Assembly: GCF_009914755.1 (NCBI RefSeq)
Contig: NC_060928.1
Reading direction: 5' to 3' (one strand)
DNA length: 64,000 nucleotides
DNA from: the human T2T-CHM13v2.0 reference genome, Homo sapiens
The translations under genes were made by a program, and so were the position numbers. The notes below the pieces were generated by a model. It had not been told where the DNA came from, did not search any database, and saw only the letters and a list, made by a program, of their open reading frames with translations. Of the stretch, positions 51,901 to 64,000 are shown piece after piece; position 1 is the first letter of the stretch; every line of letters begins with the position of its first letter.

Positions 51901-54900
51901 CAGAGTTGAACCATTGCTTGGATACAGCATTTTGGAAACATTCCTTGAGTAGAATCTGCAAGTTGATATTTAGATAGATTTGAAGATTTCGTTGGAAAAG
52001 GGAATATCTCCATATAAAATCTAGAGGGAAGCATTCTCAGAAACTGCTTTGTGATGTTTCCATTCAAGTCACAGAGTTGAATATTCCCTTTTATAGAGCA
52101 CGTTTGAAACACTCTTTCTGCACTATCTGGAAGTGGACATTTCGAGCGCTTTGAGGCCTATGGTGAAAAAGGAAATATCTTCCCATAAAAACTAGACAGA
52201 AGCATTCTCAGAAACTTGTTTGTGATGTGTGTATTCAACTAACAGAGTTGAACTTTTGTTTTTACAGAGCCGTTTTAAAACACTCTTTTTGTGGAATCAG
52301 AAAGTGGATATTCGGATGGCTCTGAGGATTTCGTTGGAAGCGGGATTACATATAAAATCTAGAGAGAAGCATTCTCAGGAACTTCTTTGTGATGTTTGCA
52401 TTGAAGTCACAGAATTGAACATTCACTTTGATAGAGCAGGTTTGAAACACTCATTCTGTAGTATCTGGAAGTGGACATTTCAAGCGCTTTCAGGCCTATG
52501 GTGAGAAAGGAAATATCTTCGAATAAAAACTAGACAGAAGCATCCTCAGAAACTTATTTGTGATGTGTGTCCTCAACTAACAGAGTTGAAACTTTGTTTT
52601 GATACAGCATTTTGGAAACACTCTTTTTGTAGAATCTGCAGGTGGATATTTGGATAGCTTAGAGGGATTCGTTGGAAAGGGGATATCTTCATATAAAATC
52701 TAGACAGAAGCATTCTCAGAAACTTATTTGTGATGTGTGTCCTCAACTAACAGAGTTGAACCTTGGTTTTGATACAGCATTTTGGAAACGCTCCTTTTGT
52801 AGAATCTGCAGGTGGATATGTGGATAGCTCTGAAGATTTCGTTGGAAACGGGAATTTCTTCATATAAAATCAAACAGAAGCATTCTCAGAAACTTCTCAG
52901 TGATGTTTGCATTCAGCTCATGGAGTTGAACACTTCCTTTCATAGAGCCGGTTTGAAACACTCTTTCTGCACTACCTGGAAGAGGACATTTCGAGCGCTT
53001 TGAGTCCTATGGTGAAAAAGGAAATATCTTCTCATAAAAACCAGAAAGAAGCATTCTCAGAAACTTCTTTGTGTTGTGTGTACTCATGTAACAGTGTTGA
53101 ACCATCCTTTTGACAGAGCAGTTTTGAAACACTCTTTTTGTAGAATCTGCAAGTGGATATTTGGATAGCTTTGAGGATTTCGTTGGAAACGGGATGACAT
53201 ATAATATCTAGAGAGAAGCATACTCAGGAACTTCTTTGTGATGTTTGCATTCAAGTCACAGAATTGAACATTCCCTTTCATAGAGCAGGTTTGAAACACT
53301 CTTTCTCTAGTATCTGGAAGTGGGCATTTCAAGCGCTTTCAGGCCTATGGAGAGAAAGGAAATACCTTCAAATAAAAACTAGACAGAAGCATTCTCAGAA
53401 ACTTATTTGTGATGTGTGTCCTCAACTAACAGAGTTGAACCTTTGTTTTGATACAGCATTTTGGAAACACTCCTTTTGTAGAATCTGCAGGTGGATATTT
53501 GGATAACTTTGAAGATTTCGTTGGAAACCGGAATATCTTCATATAAAATCAAGACAGAAGCATTCTCGGAAACATCTCTGTGATGTTTGCATTCAACTCA
53601 GTAGAGTTGAACACTTCCTTTCATAGAGCAGGTTTGAAACACTCTTTCTGCACTACCTGGAAGCGGACATTTCGAGCGCTTTGAGGCCTATGGTGAAAAA
53701 GGAAATATCTTCTCATAAAAACCAGAAAGAAGCATTCTCAGAAACTTCTTTGTGTTGTGTGTACTCAAGTAACAGTGTTGAACCTTCCTTTTGACACAGC
53801 AGTTTTGAAACACTCTTTTGGTAGAATCTGCAAGTGGATATTTGGATAGCTTTGAGGATTTCGTTGGAAACGGGTTATCTTCATATAAAATCCAGACAGG
53901 AGCATTCTCAGAAACTTCTTTGTGCTGCATGTCCTCAATTCACAGAGCTGAACCTTTGTTTGGATACAGCATTTTGGAAACATTCCTTTAGTAGAATCTG
54001 CAAGTTGATATTTAGATAGCTTTGAAGATTTCGTTGGAAACGGGAATATCTTCATAGAAAATCTAGACGGAAGCATTCTCAGAAACTGCTTTGTGATGTT
54101 TGCATTCAAGTCACAGAGTTGAATATTCCCTTTTATAGAGTAGGTTTGAAACACTCTTTCGGCACTACCTGGAAGTGGATATTTCGAGCTCTTTGAGGCC
54201 TATGGTTAAAAGGAAATATCTTCCCATAAAAACTAGACAGAAGCCGTCTCAGAAACTTGTTTGTGATGTGTGTATTCAACTACCAGAGTTGAACATTTCT
54301 GTTACAGAGCAATTTTAAAACACTCTTTTTGTGGAATCTGAAAGTGGATAATTGGATAGCTTTGTGGATTTCGTTGGAAACGGGATGACGTATAAAATCT
54401 AGAGAGAAGCATTCTCAGGAACTTCTTTGTGATGTTTGCATTCAAGTCACAGAATTGAACATTCCTTTTCATAGTGCAGGTTTGAAACACTCTTTCTGTA
54501 GTATCTGGAAGTGGACATTTCAAGCGCTTTCAGGCCTACGGGGAGAAAGGAAATATCTTCAAATAAAAACTAGACAGAAGGATTCTCAGAAACTTATTTG
54601 TGATGTGTGTCCTAAACGAACACAGTTGAACCTTTGTTTTGATACAGCATTTTGGAAACACTCCTTTTGTAGGATCTGCAGGTGGATATTTGGATAGATT
54701 TTAAGATTTCGTTGGAAACGGGAGTTTCTTCATAGAAACTCAAGACAGATGCATTCTCAGAAACATCTCTGTGATGTTTGCATTCCACTCATAGAGTTGA
54801 AAACTTCCTTTCATAGAGCAGGTTTGAAACACTCTTTTTGTAATATTTGGAAGTGGACATTTGCAGCGCTTTGAGGCCTATGGTGAAAAAGGAAATATCT

Positions 54901-57900
54901 TCTCATAAAAACCAGAAACAAGCATTCTCAGAAACTTCTTTTTGATGTGTGTACTCAAGTAACAGAGTTGAACCTTCCTTTTGACACAGCAGTTTTGAAA
55001 CAATCTTTTTGTAGAATCTGCAAGTGGATATTTGGATAGCTTTGAGGATTTCGTTGGAAACGGGATATCTTCATATAAAATCTAGACAGAAGCATTCTCA
55101 GAAACTTCTTTGTGCTGTATGTCCTCAATTAACAGAGTTGAACCATTGCTTGGATACAGCATTTTGGAAACATTCCTTGAGTAGAATCTGCAAGTTGATA
55201 TTTAGATAGATTTGAAGATTTCGTTGGAAAAGGGAATATCTCCATATAAAATCTAGAGGGAAGCATTCTCAGAAACTGCTTTGTGATGTTTCCATTCAAG
55301 TCACAGAGTTGAATATTCCCTTTTATAGAGCACGTTTGAAACACTCTTTCTGCACTATCTGGAAGTGGACATTTCGAGCGCTTTGAGGCCTATGGTGAAA
55401 AAGGAAATATCTTCCCATAAAAACTAGACAGAAGCATTCTCAGAAACTTGTTTGTGATGTGTGTATTCAACTAACAGAGTTGAACTTTTGTTTTTACAGA
55501 GCCGTTTTAAAACACTCTTTTTGTGGAATCAGAAAGTGGATATTCGGATGGCTCTGAGGATTTCGTTGGAAGCGGGATTACATATAAAATCTAGAGAGAA
55601 GCATTCTCAGGAACTTCTTTGTGATGTTTGCATTGAAGTCACAGAATTGAACATTCACTTTGATAGAGCAGGTTTGAAACACTCATTCTGTAGTATCTGG
55701 AAGTGGACATTTCAAGCGCTTTCAGGCCTATGGTGAGAAAGGAAATATCTTCGAATAAAAACTAGACAGAAGCATCCTCAGAAACTTATTTGTGATGTGT
55801 GTCCTCAACTAACAGAGTTGAAACTTTGTTTTGATACAGCATTTTGGAAACACTCTTTTTGTAGAATCTGCAGGTGGATATTTGGATAGCTTAGAGGGAT
55901 TCGTTGGAAAGGGGATATCTTCATATAAAATCTAGACAGAAGCATTCTCAGAAACTTATTTGTGATGTGTGTCCTCAACTAACAGAGTTGAACCTTGGTT
56001 TTGATACAGCATTTTGGAAACGCTCCTTTTGTAGAATCTGCAGGTGGATATGTGGATAGCTCTGAAGATTTCGTTGGAAACGGGAATTTCTTCATATAAA
56101 ATCAAACAGAAGCATTCTCAGAAACTTCTCAGTGATGTTTGCATTCAGCTCATGGAGTTGAACACTTCCTTTCATAGAGCCGGTTTGAAACACTCTTTCT
56201 GCACTACCTGGAAGAGGACATTTCGAGCGCTTTGAGTCCTATGGTGAAAAAGGAAATATCTTCTCATAAAAACCAGAAAGAAGCATTCTCAGAAACTTCT
56301 TTGTGTTGTGTGTACTCATGTAACAGTGTTGAACCATCCTTTTGACAGAGCAGTTTTGAAACACTCTTTTTGTAGAATCTGCAAGTGGATATTTGGATAG
56401 CTTTGAGGATTTCGTTGGAAACGGGATGACATATAATATCTAGAGAGAAGCATACTCAGGAACTTCTTTGTGATGTTTGCATTCAAGTCACAGAATTGAA
56501 CATTCCCTTTCATAGAGCAGGTTTGAAACACTCTTTCTCTAGTATCTGGAAGTGGGCATTTCAAGCGCTTTCAGGCCTATGGAGAGAAAGGAAATACCTT
56601 CAAATAAAAACTAGACAGAAGCATTCTCAGAAACTTATTTGTGATGTGTGTCCTCAACTAACAGAGTTGAACCTTTGTTTTGATACAGCATTTTGGAAAC
56701 ACTCCTTTTGTAGAATCTGCAGGTGGATATTTGGATAACTTTGAAGATTTCGTTGGAAACCGGAATATCTTCATATAAAATCAAGACAGAAGCATTCTCG
56801 GAAACATCTCTGTGATGTTTGCATTCAACTCAGTAGAGTTGAACACTTCCTTTCATAGAGCAGGTTTGAAACACTCTTTCTGCACTACCTGGAAGCGGAC
56901 ATTTCGAGCGCTTTGAGGCCTATGGTGAAAAAGGAAATATCTTCTCATAAAAACCAGAAAGAAGCATTCTCAGAAACTTCTTTGTGTTGTGTGTACTCAA
57001 GTAACAGTGTTGAACCTTCCTTTTGACACAGCAGTTTTGAAACACTCTTTTGGTAGAATCTGCAAGTGGATATTTGGATAGCTTTGAGGATTTCGTTGGA
57101 AACGGGTTATCTTCATATAAAATCCAGACAGGAGCATTCTCAGAAACTTCTTTGTGCTGCATGTCCTCAATTCACAGAGCTGAACCTTTGTTTGGATACA
57201 GCATTTTGGAAACATTCCTTTAGTAGAATCTGCAAGTTGATATTTAGATAGCTTTGAAGATTTCGTTGGAAACGGGAATATCTTCATAGAAAATCTAGAC
57301 GGAAGCATTCTCAGAAACTGCTTTGTGATGTTTGCATTCAAGTCACAGAGTTGAATATTCCCTTTTATAGAGTAGGTTTGAAACACTCTTTCGGCACTAC
57401 CTGGAAGTGGATATTTCGAGCTCTTTGAGGCCTATGGTTAAAAGGAAATATCTTCCCATAAAAACTAGACAGAAGCCGTCTCAGAAACTTGTTTGTGATG
57501 TGTGTATTCAACTACCAGAGTTGAACATTTCTGTTACAGAGCAATTTTAAAACACTCTTTTTGTGGAATCTGAAAGTGGATAATTGGATAGCTTTGTGGA
57601 TTTCGTTGGAAACGGGATGACGTATAAAATCTAGAGAGAAGCATTCTCAGGAACTTCTTTCTGATGTTTGCATTCAAGTCACAGAATTGAACATTCCTTT
57701 TCATAGTGCAGGTTTGAAACACTCTTTCTGTAGTATCTGGAAGTGGACATTTCAAGCGCTTTCAGGCCTACGGGGAGAAAGGAAATATCTTCAAATAAAA
57801 ACTAGACAGAAGGATTCTCAGAAACTTATTTGTGATGTGTGTCCTAAACGAACACAGTTGAACCTTTGTTTTGATACAGCATTTTGGAAACACTCCTTTT

Positions 57901-60900
57901 GTAGGATCTGCAGGTGGATATTTGGATAGATTTTAAGATTTCGTTGGAAACGGGAGTTTCTTCATAGAAACTCAAGACAGATGCATTCTCAGAAACATCT
58001 CTGTGATGTTTGCATTCCACTCATAGAGTTGAAAACTTCCTTTCATAGAGCAGGTTTGAAACACTCTTTTTGTAATATTTGGAAGTGGACATTTGCAGCG
58101 CTTTGAGGCCTATGGTGAAAAAGGAAATATCTTCTCATAAAAACCAGAAACAAGCATTCTCAGAAACTTCTTTTTGATGTGTGTACTCAAGTAACAGAGT
58201 TGAACCTTCCTTTTGACACAGCAGTTTTGAAACAATCTTTTTGTAGAATCTGCAAGTGGATATTTGGATAGCTTTGAGGATTTCGTTGGAAACGGGATAT
58301 CTTCATATAAAATCTAGACAGAAGCATTCTCAGAAACTTCTTTGTGCTGTATGTCCTCAATTAACAGAGTTGAACCATTGCTTGGATACAGCATTTTGGA
58401 AACATTCCTTGAGTAGAATCTGCAAGTTGATATTTAGATAGATTTGAAGATTTCGTTGGAAAAGGGAATATCTCCATATAAAATCTAGAGGGAAGCATTC
58501 TCAGAAACTGCTTTGTGATGTTTCCATTCAAGTCACAGAGTTGAATATTCCCTTTTATAGAGCACGTTTGAAACACTCTTTCTGCACTATCTGGAAGTGG
58601 ACATTTCGAGCGCTTTGAGGCCTATGGTGAAAAAGGAAATATCTTCCCATAAAAACTAGACAGAAGCATTCTCAGAAACTTGTTTGTGATGTGTGTATTC
58701 AACTAACAGAGTTGAACTTTTGTTTTTACAGAGCCGTTTTAAAACACTCTTTTTGTGGAATCAGAAAGTGGATATTCGGATGGCTCTGAGGATTTCGTTG
58801 GAAGCGGGATTACATATAAAATCTAGAGAGAAGCATTCTCAGGAACTTCTTTGTGATGTTTGCATTGAAGTCACAGAATTGAACATTCACTTTGATAGAG
58901 CAGGTTTGAAACACTCATTCTGTAGTATCTGGAAGTGGACATTTCAAGCGCTTTCAGGCCTATGGTGAGAAAGGAAATATCTTCGAATAAAAACTAGACA
59001 GAAGCATCCTCAGAAACTTATTTGTGATGTGTGTCCTCAACTAACAGAGTTGAAACTTTGTTTTGATACAGCATTTTGGAAACACTCTTTTTGTAGAATC
59101 TGCAGGTGGATATTTGGATAGCTTAGAGGGATTCGTTGGAAAGGGGATATCTTCATATAAAATCTAGACAGAAGCATTCTCAGAAACTTATTTGTGATGT
59201 GTGTCCTCAACTAACAGAGTTGAACCTTGGTTTTGATACAGCATTTTGGAAACGCTCCTTTTGTAGAATCTGCAGGTGGATATGTGGATAGCTCTGAAGA
59301 TTTCGTTGGAAACGGGAATTTCTTCATATAAAATCAAACAGAAGCATTCTCAGAAACTTCTCAGTGATGTTTGCATTCAGCTCATGGAGTTGAACACTTC
59401 CTTTCATAGAGCCGGTTTGAAACACTCTTTCTGCACTACCTGGAAGAGGACATTTCGAGCGCTTTGAGTCCTATGGTGAAAAAGGAAATATCTTCTCATA
59501 AAAACCAGAAAGAAGCATTCTCAGAAACTTCTTTGTGTTGTGTGTACTCATGTAACAGTGTTGAACCATCCTTTTGACAGAGCAGTTTTGAAACACTCTT
59601 TTTGTAGAATCTGCAAGTGGATATTTGGATAGCTTTGAGGATTTCGTTGGAAACGGGATGACATATAATATCTAGAGAGAAGCATACTCAGGAACTTCTT
59701 TGTGATGTTTGCATTCAAGTCACAGAATTGAACATTCCCTTTCATAGAGCAGGTTTGAAACACTCTTTCTCTAGTATCTGGAAGTGGGCATTTCAAGCGC
59801 TTTCAGGCCTATGGAGAGAAAGGAAATACCTTCAAATAAAAACTAGACAGAAGCATTCTCAGAAACTTATTTGTGATGTGTGTCCTCAACTAACAGAGTT
59901 GAACCTTTGTTTTGATACAGCATTTTGGAAACACTCCTTTTGTAGAATCTGCAGGTGGATATTTGGATAACTTTGAAGATTTCGTTGGAAACCGGAATAT
60001 CTTCATATAAAATCAAGACAGAAGCATTCTCGGAAACATCTCTGTGATGTTTGCATTCAACTCAGTAGAGTTGAACACTTCCTTTCATAGAGCAGGTTTG
60101 AAACACTCTTTCTGCACTACCTGGAAGCGGACATTTCGAGCGCTTTGAGGCCTATGGTGAAAAAGGAAATATCTTCTCATAAAAACCAGAAAGAAGCATT
60201 CTCAGAAACTTCTTTGTGTTGTGTGTACTCAAGTAACAGTGTTGAACCTTCCTTTTGACACAGCAGTTTTGAAACACTCTTTTGGTAGAATCTGCAAGTG
60301 GATATTTGGATAGCTTTGAGGATTTCGTTGGAAACGGGTTATCTTCATATAAAATCCAGACAGGAGCATTCTCAGAAACTTCTTTGTGCTGCATGTCCTC
60401 AATTCACAGAGCTGAACCTTTGTTTGGATACAGCATTTTGGAAACATTCCTTTAGTAGAATCTGCAAGTTGATATTTAGATAGCTTTGAAGATTTCGTTG
60501 GAAACGGGAATATCTTCATAGAAAATCTAGACGGAAGCATTCTCAGAAACTGCTTTGTGATGTTTGCATTCAAGTCACAGAGTTGAATATTCCCTTTTAT
60601 AGAGTAGGTTTGAAACACTCTTTCGGCACTACCTGGAAGTGGATATTTCGAGCTCTTTGAGGCCTATGGTTAAAAGGAAATATCTTCCCATAAAAACTAG
60701 ACAGAAGCCGTCTCAGAAACTTGTTTGTGATGTGTGTATTCAACTACCAGAGTTGAACATTTCTGTTACAGAGCAATTTTAAAACACTCTTTTTGTGGAA
60801 TCTGAAAGTGGATAATTGGATAGCTTTGTGGATTTCGTTGGAAACGGGATGACGTATAAAATCTAGAGAGAAGCATTCTCAGGAACTTCTTTCTGATGTT

Positions 60901-61898
60901 TGCATTCAAGTCACAGAATTGAACATTCCTTTTCATAGTGCAGGTTTGAAACACTCTTTCTGTAGTATCTGGAAGTGGACATTTCAAGCGCTTTCAGGCC
61001 TACGGGGAGAAAGGAAATATCTTCAAATAAAAACTAGACAGAAGGATTCTCAGAAACTTATTTGTGATGTGTGTCCTAAACGAACACAGTTGAACCTTTG
61101 TTTAGATACAGCATTTTGGAAACACTCCTTTTGTAGGATCTGCAGGTGGATATTTGGATAGATTTTAAGATTTCGTTGGAAACGGGAGTTTCTTCATAGA
61201 AACTCAAGACAGATGCATTCTCAGAAACATCTCTGTGATGTTTGCATTCCACTCATAGAGTTGAAAACTTCCTTTCATAGAGCAGGTTTGAAACACTCTT
61301 TTTGTAATATTTGGAAGTGGACATTTGCAGCGCTTTGAGGCCTATGGTGAAAAAGGAAATATCTTCTCATAAAAACCAGAAACAAGCATTCTCAGAAACT
61401 TCTTTTTGATGTGTGTACTCAAGTAACAGAGTTGAACCTTCCTTTTGACACAGCAGTTTTGAAACAATCTTTTTGTAGAATCTGCAAGTGGATATTTGGA
61501 TAGCTTTGAGGATTTCGTTGGAAACGGGATATCTTCATATAAAATCTAGACAGAAGCATTCTCAGAAACTTCTTTGTGCTGTATGTCCTCAATTAACAGA
61601 GTTGAACCATTGCTTGGATACAGCATTTTGGAAACATTCCTTTAGTAGAATCTGCAAGTTGATATTGAGATAGATTTGAAGATTTCGTTGGAAAAGGGAA
61701 TATCTCCATATAAAATCTAGACGGAAGCATTCTCAGAAACTGCTCTGTGATGTTTCCATTCAAGTCACAGAGTTGAATATTCCCTTTTATAGAGCACGTT
61801 TGAAACACTCTTTCTGCACTATCTGGAAGTGGACATTTCGAGCGCTTTGAGGCCTATGGTGAAAAAGGAAATATCTTCCCATAAAAATTAGACAGAAG
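48971..61898 (+). repeat. Run of four 19-mer HORs
   Basis: Starts at 48971, 52203, 55435 and 58667, each 3232 bp. Confidence 0.95.
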
Positions 61899-62915
61899 CA
61901 TTCTCAGAAACTTGTTTGTGATGTGTGTATTCAACTAACAGAGTTGAACTTTTGTTTTTACAGAGCCGTTTTAAAACACTCTTTTTGTGGAATCAGAAAG
62001 TGGATATTCGGATGGCTCTGAGGATTTCGTTGGAAGCGGGATTACATATAAAATCTAGAGAGAAGCATTCTCAGGAACTTCTTTGTGATGTTTGCATTGA
62101 AGTCACAGAATTGAACATTCACTTTGATAGAGCAGGTTTGAAACACTCATTCTGTAGTATCTGGAAGTGGACATTTCAAGCGCTTTCAGGCCTATGGTGA
62201 AAAAGGAAATATCTTCGAATAAAAACTAGACAGAAGCATCCTCAGAAACTTATTTGTGATGTGTGTCCTCAACTAACAGAGTTGAAACTTTGTTTTGATA
62301 CAGCATTTTGGAAACACTCCTTTTGTAGAATCTGCAGGTGGATATGTGGATAGCTCTGAAGATTTCGTTGGAAACGGGAATTTCTTCATATAAAATCAAA
62401 CAGAAGCATTCTCAGAAACTTCTCAGTGATGTTTGCATTCAGCTCATGGAGTTGAACACTTCCTTTCATAGAGCCGGTTTGAAACACTCTTTCTGCACTA
62501 CCTGGAAGAGGCCATTTCGAGCGCTTTGAGTCCTATGGTGAAAAAGGAAATATCTTCTCATAAAAACCAGAAAGAAGCATTCTCAGAAACTTCTTTGTGT
62601 TGTGTGTACTCATGTAACAGTGTTGAACCATCCTTTTGACAGAGCAGTTTTGAAACACTCTTTTTGTAGAATCTGCAAGTGGATATTTGGATAGCTTTGA
62701 GGATTTCGTTGGAAACGGGATGACATATAATATCTAGAGAGAAGCATTCTCAGGAACTTCTTTGTGCTGTTTGCATTCAAGTCACAGAATTGAACATTCC
62801 CTTTCATAGAGCAGATTTGAAACACTCTTTCTCTAGTATCTGGAAGTGGGCATTTCAAGCGCTTTCAGGCCTATTGAGAGAAAGGAAATACCTTCAAATA
62901 AAAACTAGACAGAAG
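61899..62915 (+). repeat. 6-mer variant HOR, 1017 bp
   Basis: Anchors 61925 and 62942; diagnostic alleles present. Confidence 0.94.
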
Positions 62916-64000
62916 CATTCTCAGAAACTTGTTTGTGATGTGTGTATTCAACTAACAGAGTTGAACTTTTGTTTTTACAGAGCCGTTTTAAAACACTCTT
63001 TTTGTGGAATCAGAAAGTGGATATTCGGATGGCTCTGAGGATTTCGTTGGAAGCGGGATTACATATAAAATCTAGAGAGAAGCATTCTCAGGAACTTCTT
63101 TGTGATGTTTGCATTGAAGTCACAGAATTGAACATTCACTTTGATAGAGCAGGTTTGAAACACTCATTCTGTAGTATCTGGAAGTGGACATTTCAAGCGC
63201 TTTCAGGCCTATGGTGAGAAAGGAAATATCTTCGAATAAAAACTAGACAGAAGCATCCTCAGAAACTTATTTGTGATGTGTGTCCTCAACTAACAGAGTT
63301 GAAACTTTGTTTTGATACAGCATTTTGGAAACACTCTTTTTGTAGAATCTGCAGGTGGATATTTGGATAGCTTAGAGGGATTCGTTGGAAAGGGGATATC
63401 TTCATATAAAATCTAGACAGAAGCATTCTCAGAAACTTATTTGTGATGTGTGTCCTCAACTAACAGAGTTGAACCTTGGTTTTGATACAGCATTTTGGAA
63501 ACACTCCTTTTGTAGAATCTGCAGGTGGATATGTGGATAGCTCTGAAGATTTCGTTGGAAACGGGAATTTCTTCATATAAAATCAAACAGAAGCATTCTC
63601 AGAAACTTCTCAGTGATGTTTGCATTCAGCTCATGGAGTTGAACACTTCCTTTCATAGAGCCGGTTTGAAACACTCTTTCTGCACTACCTGGAAGAGGAC
63701 ATTTCGAGCGCTTTGAGTCCTATGGTGAAAAAGGAAATATCTTCTCATAAAAACCAGAAAGAAGCATTCTCAGAAACTTCTTTGTGTTGTGTGTACTCAT
63801 GTAACAGTGTTGAACCATCCTTTTGACAGAGCAGTTTTGAAACACTCTTTTTGTAGAATCTGCAAGTGGATATTTGGATAGCTTTGAGGATTTCGTTGGA
63901 AACGGGATGACATATAATATCTAGAGAGAAGCATACTCAGGAACTTCTTTGTGATGTTTGCATTCAAGTCACAGAATTGAACATTCCCTTTCATAGAGCA
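62916..64000 (+). repeat. Partial HOR (m1 to part of m7), truncated by the window end
   Basis: Has separate m3 and m4 and canonical alleles, so it is 19-mer type rather than 6-mer type. Confidence 0.88.

Larger units (their letters stand above)
1..64000 (+). repeat. Alpha satellite higher-order repeat array (centromeric), likely human chr4 D4Z1 / S2C4H1L, SF2
   Basis: Tandem 166-172 bp monomers starting CATTCTCAGAAAC, with TTTCGTTGGAAACGGGA CENP-B boxes and CTATGGTGAAAAAGGAA A-boxes. The ORF track repeats with an exact 3232-bp period (19 monomers). Alpha satellite identity is essentially certain. The D4Z1 assignment rests on the known 3.2-kb 19-mer of chr4 and is less certain (~0.85). Confidence 0.97.

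Noticed and set aside
268-63994. Many 60-129 aa ORFs on both strands (e.g. MYSTNRVELL..., MFQTYSIKGN..., MKCPLPDT...)
   Set aside because: They are translations of alpha satellite, recur with the HOR period, overlap in several frames, often start at GTG/TTG and show no recognisable domain. They were used only as positional markers.
1-64000. CRISPR-like or other repeat-spacer system
   Set aside because: The sequence between conserved motifs is itself repeated monomer sequence, not unique spacers, and there are no cas or other genes.
1-64000. Embedded L1/Alu insertion, inversion or non-satellite island
   Set aside because: HOR units tile the window with exact lengths and all CENP-B boxes lie on the same strand, leaving no room for an insertion.

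Overview
The whole 64 kb is one uninterrupted, single-orientation array of primate centromeric alpha satellite (~171-bp monomers) organised as a highly homogeneous higher-order repeat (HOR). The canonical unit is a 19-monomer, 3232-bp HOR with CENP-B-box (B) and pJalpha-type (A) monomers, best matching the human chromosome 4 active array D4Z1 (S2C4H1L, suprachromosomal family 2). Monomers m1-m19 are numbered here from position 846; this numbering is mine, not the published one. The window tiles exactly as a partial 6-mer (1-845), 17 complete 19-mers, five complete 1017-bp 6-mers, one 2041-bp 12-mer and a terminal partial 19-mer. I found no protein-coding genes, RNA genes, transposon insertions, inversions or CRISPR arrays, and all ORFs in the track are satellite artefacts. 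I cannot support a new gene-encoded biological system. The interesting content is the array's recombination record: structural HOR variants, a patchwork hybrid monomer, a length-neutral conversion tract, SNP-defined super-periods and polymorphic CENP-B box loss.
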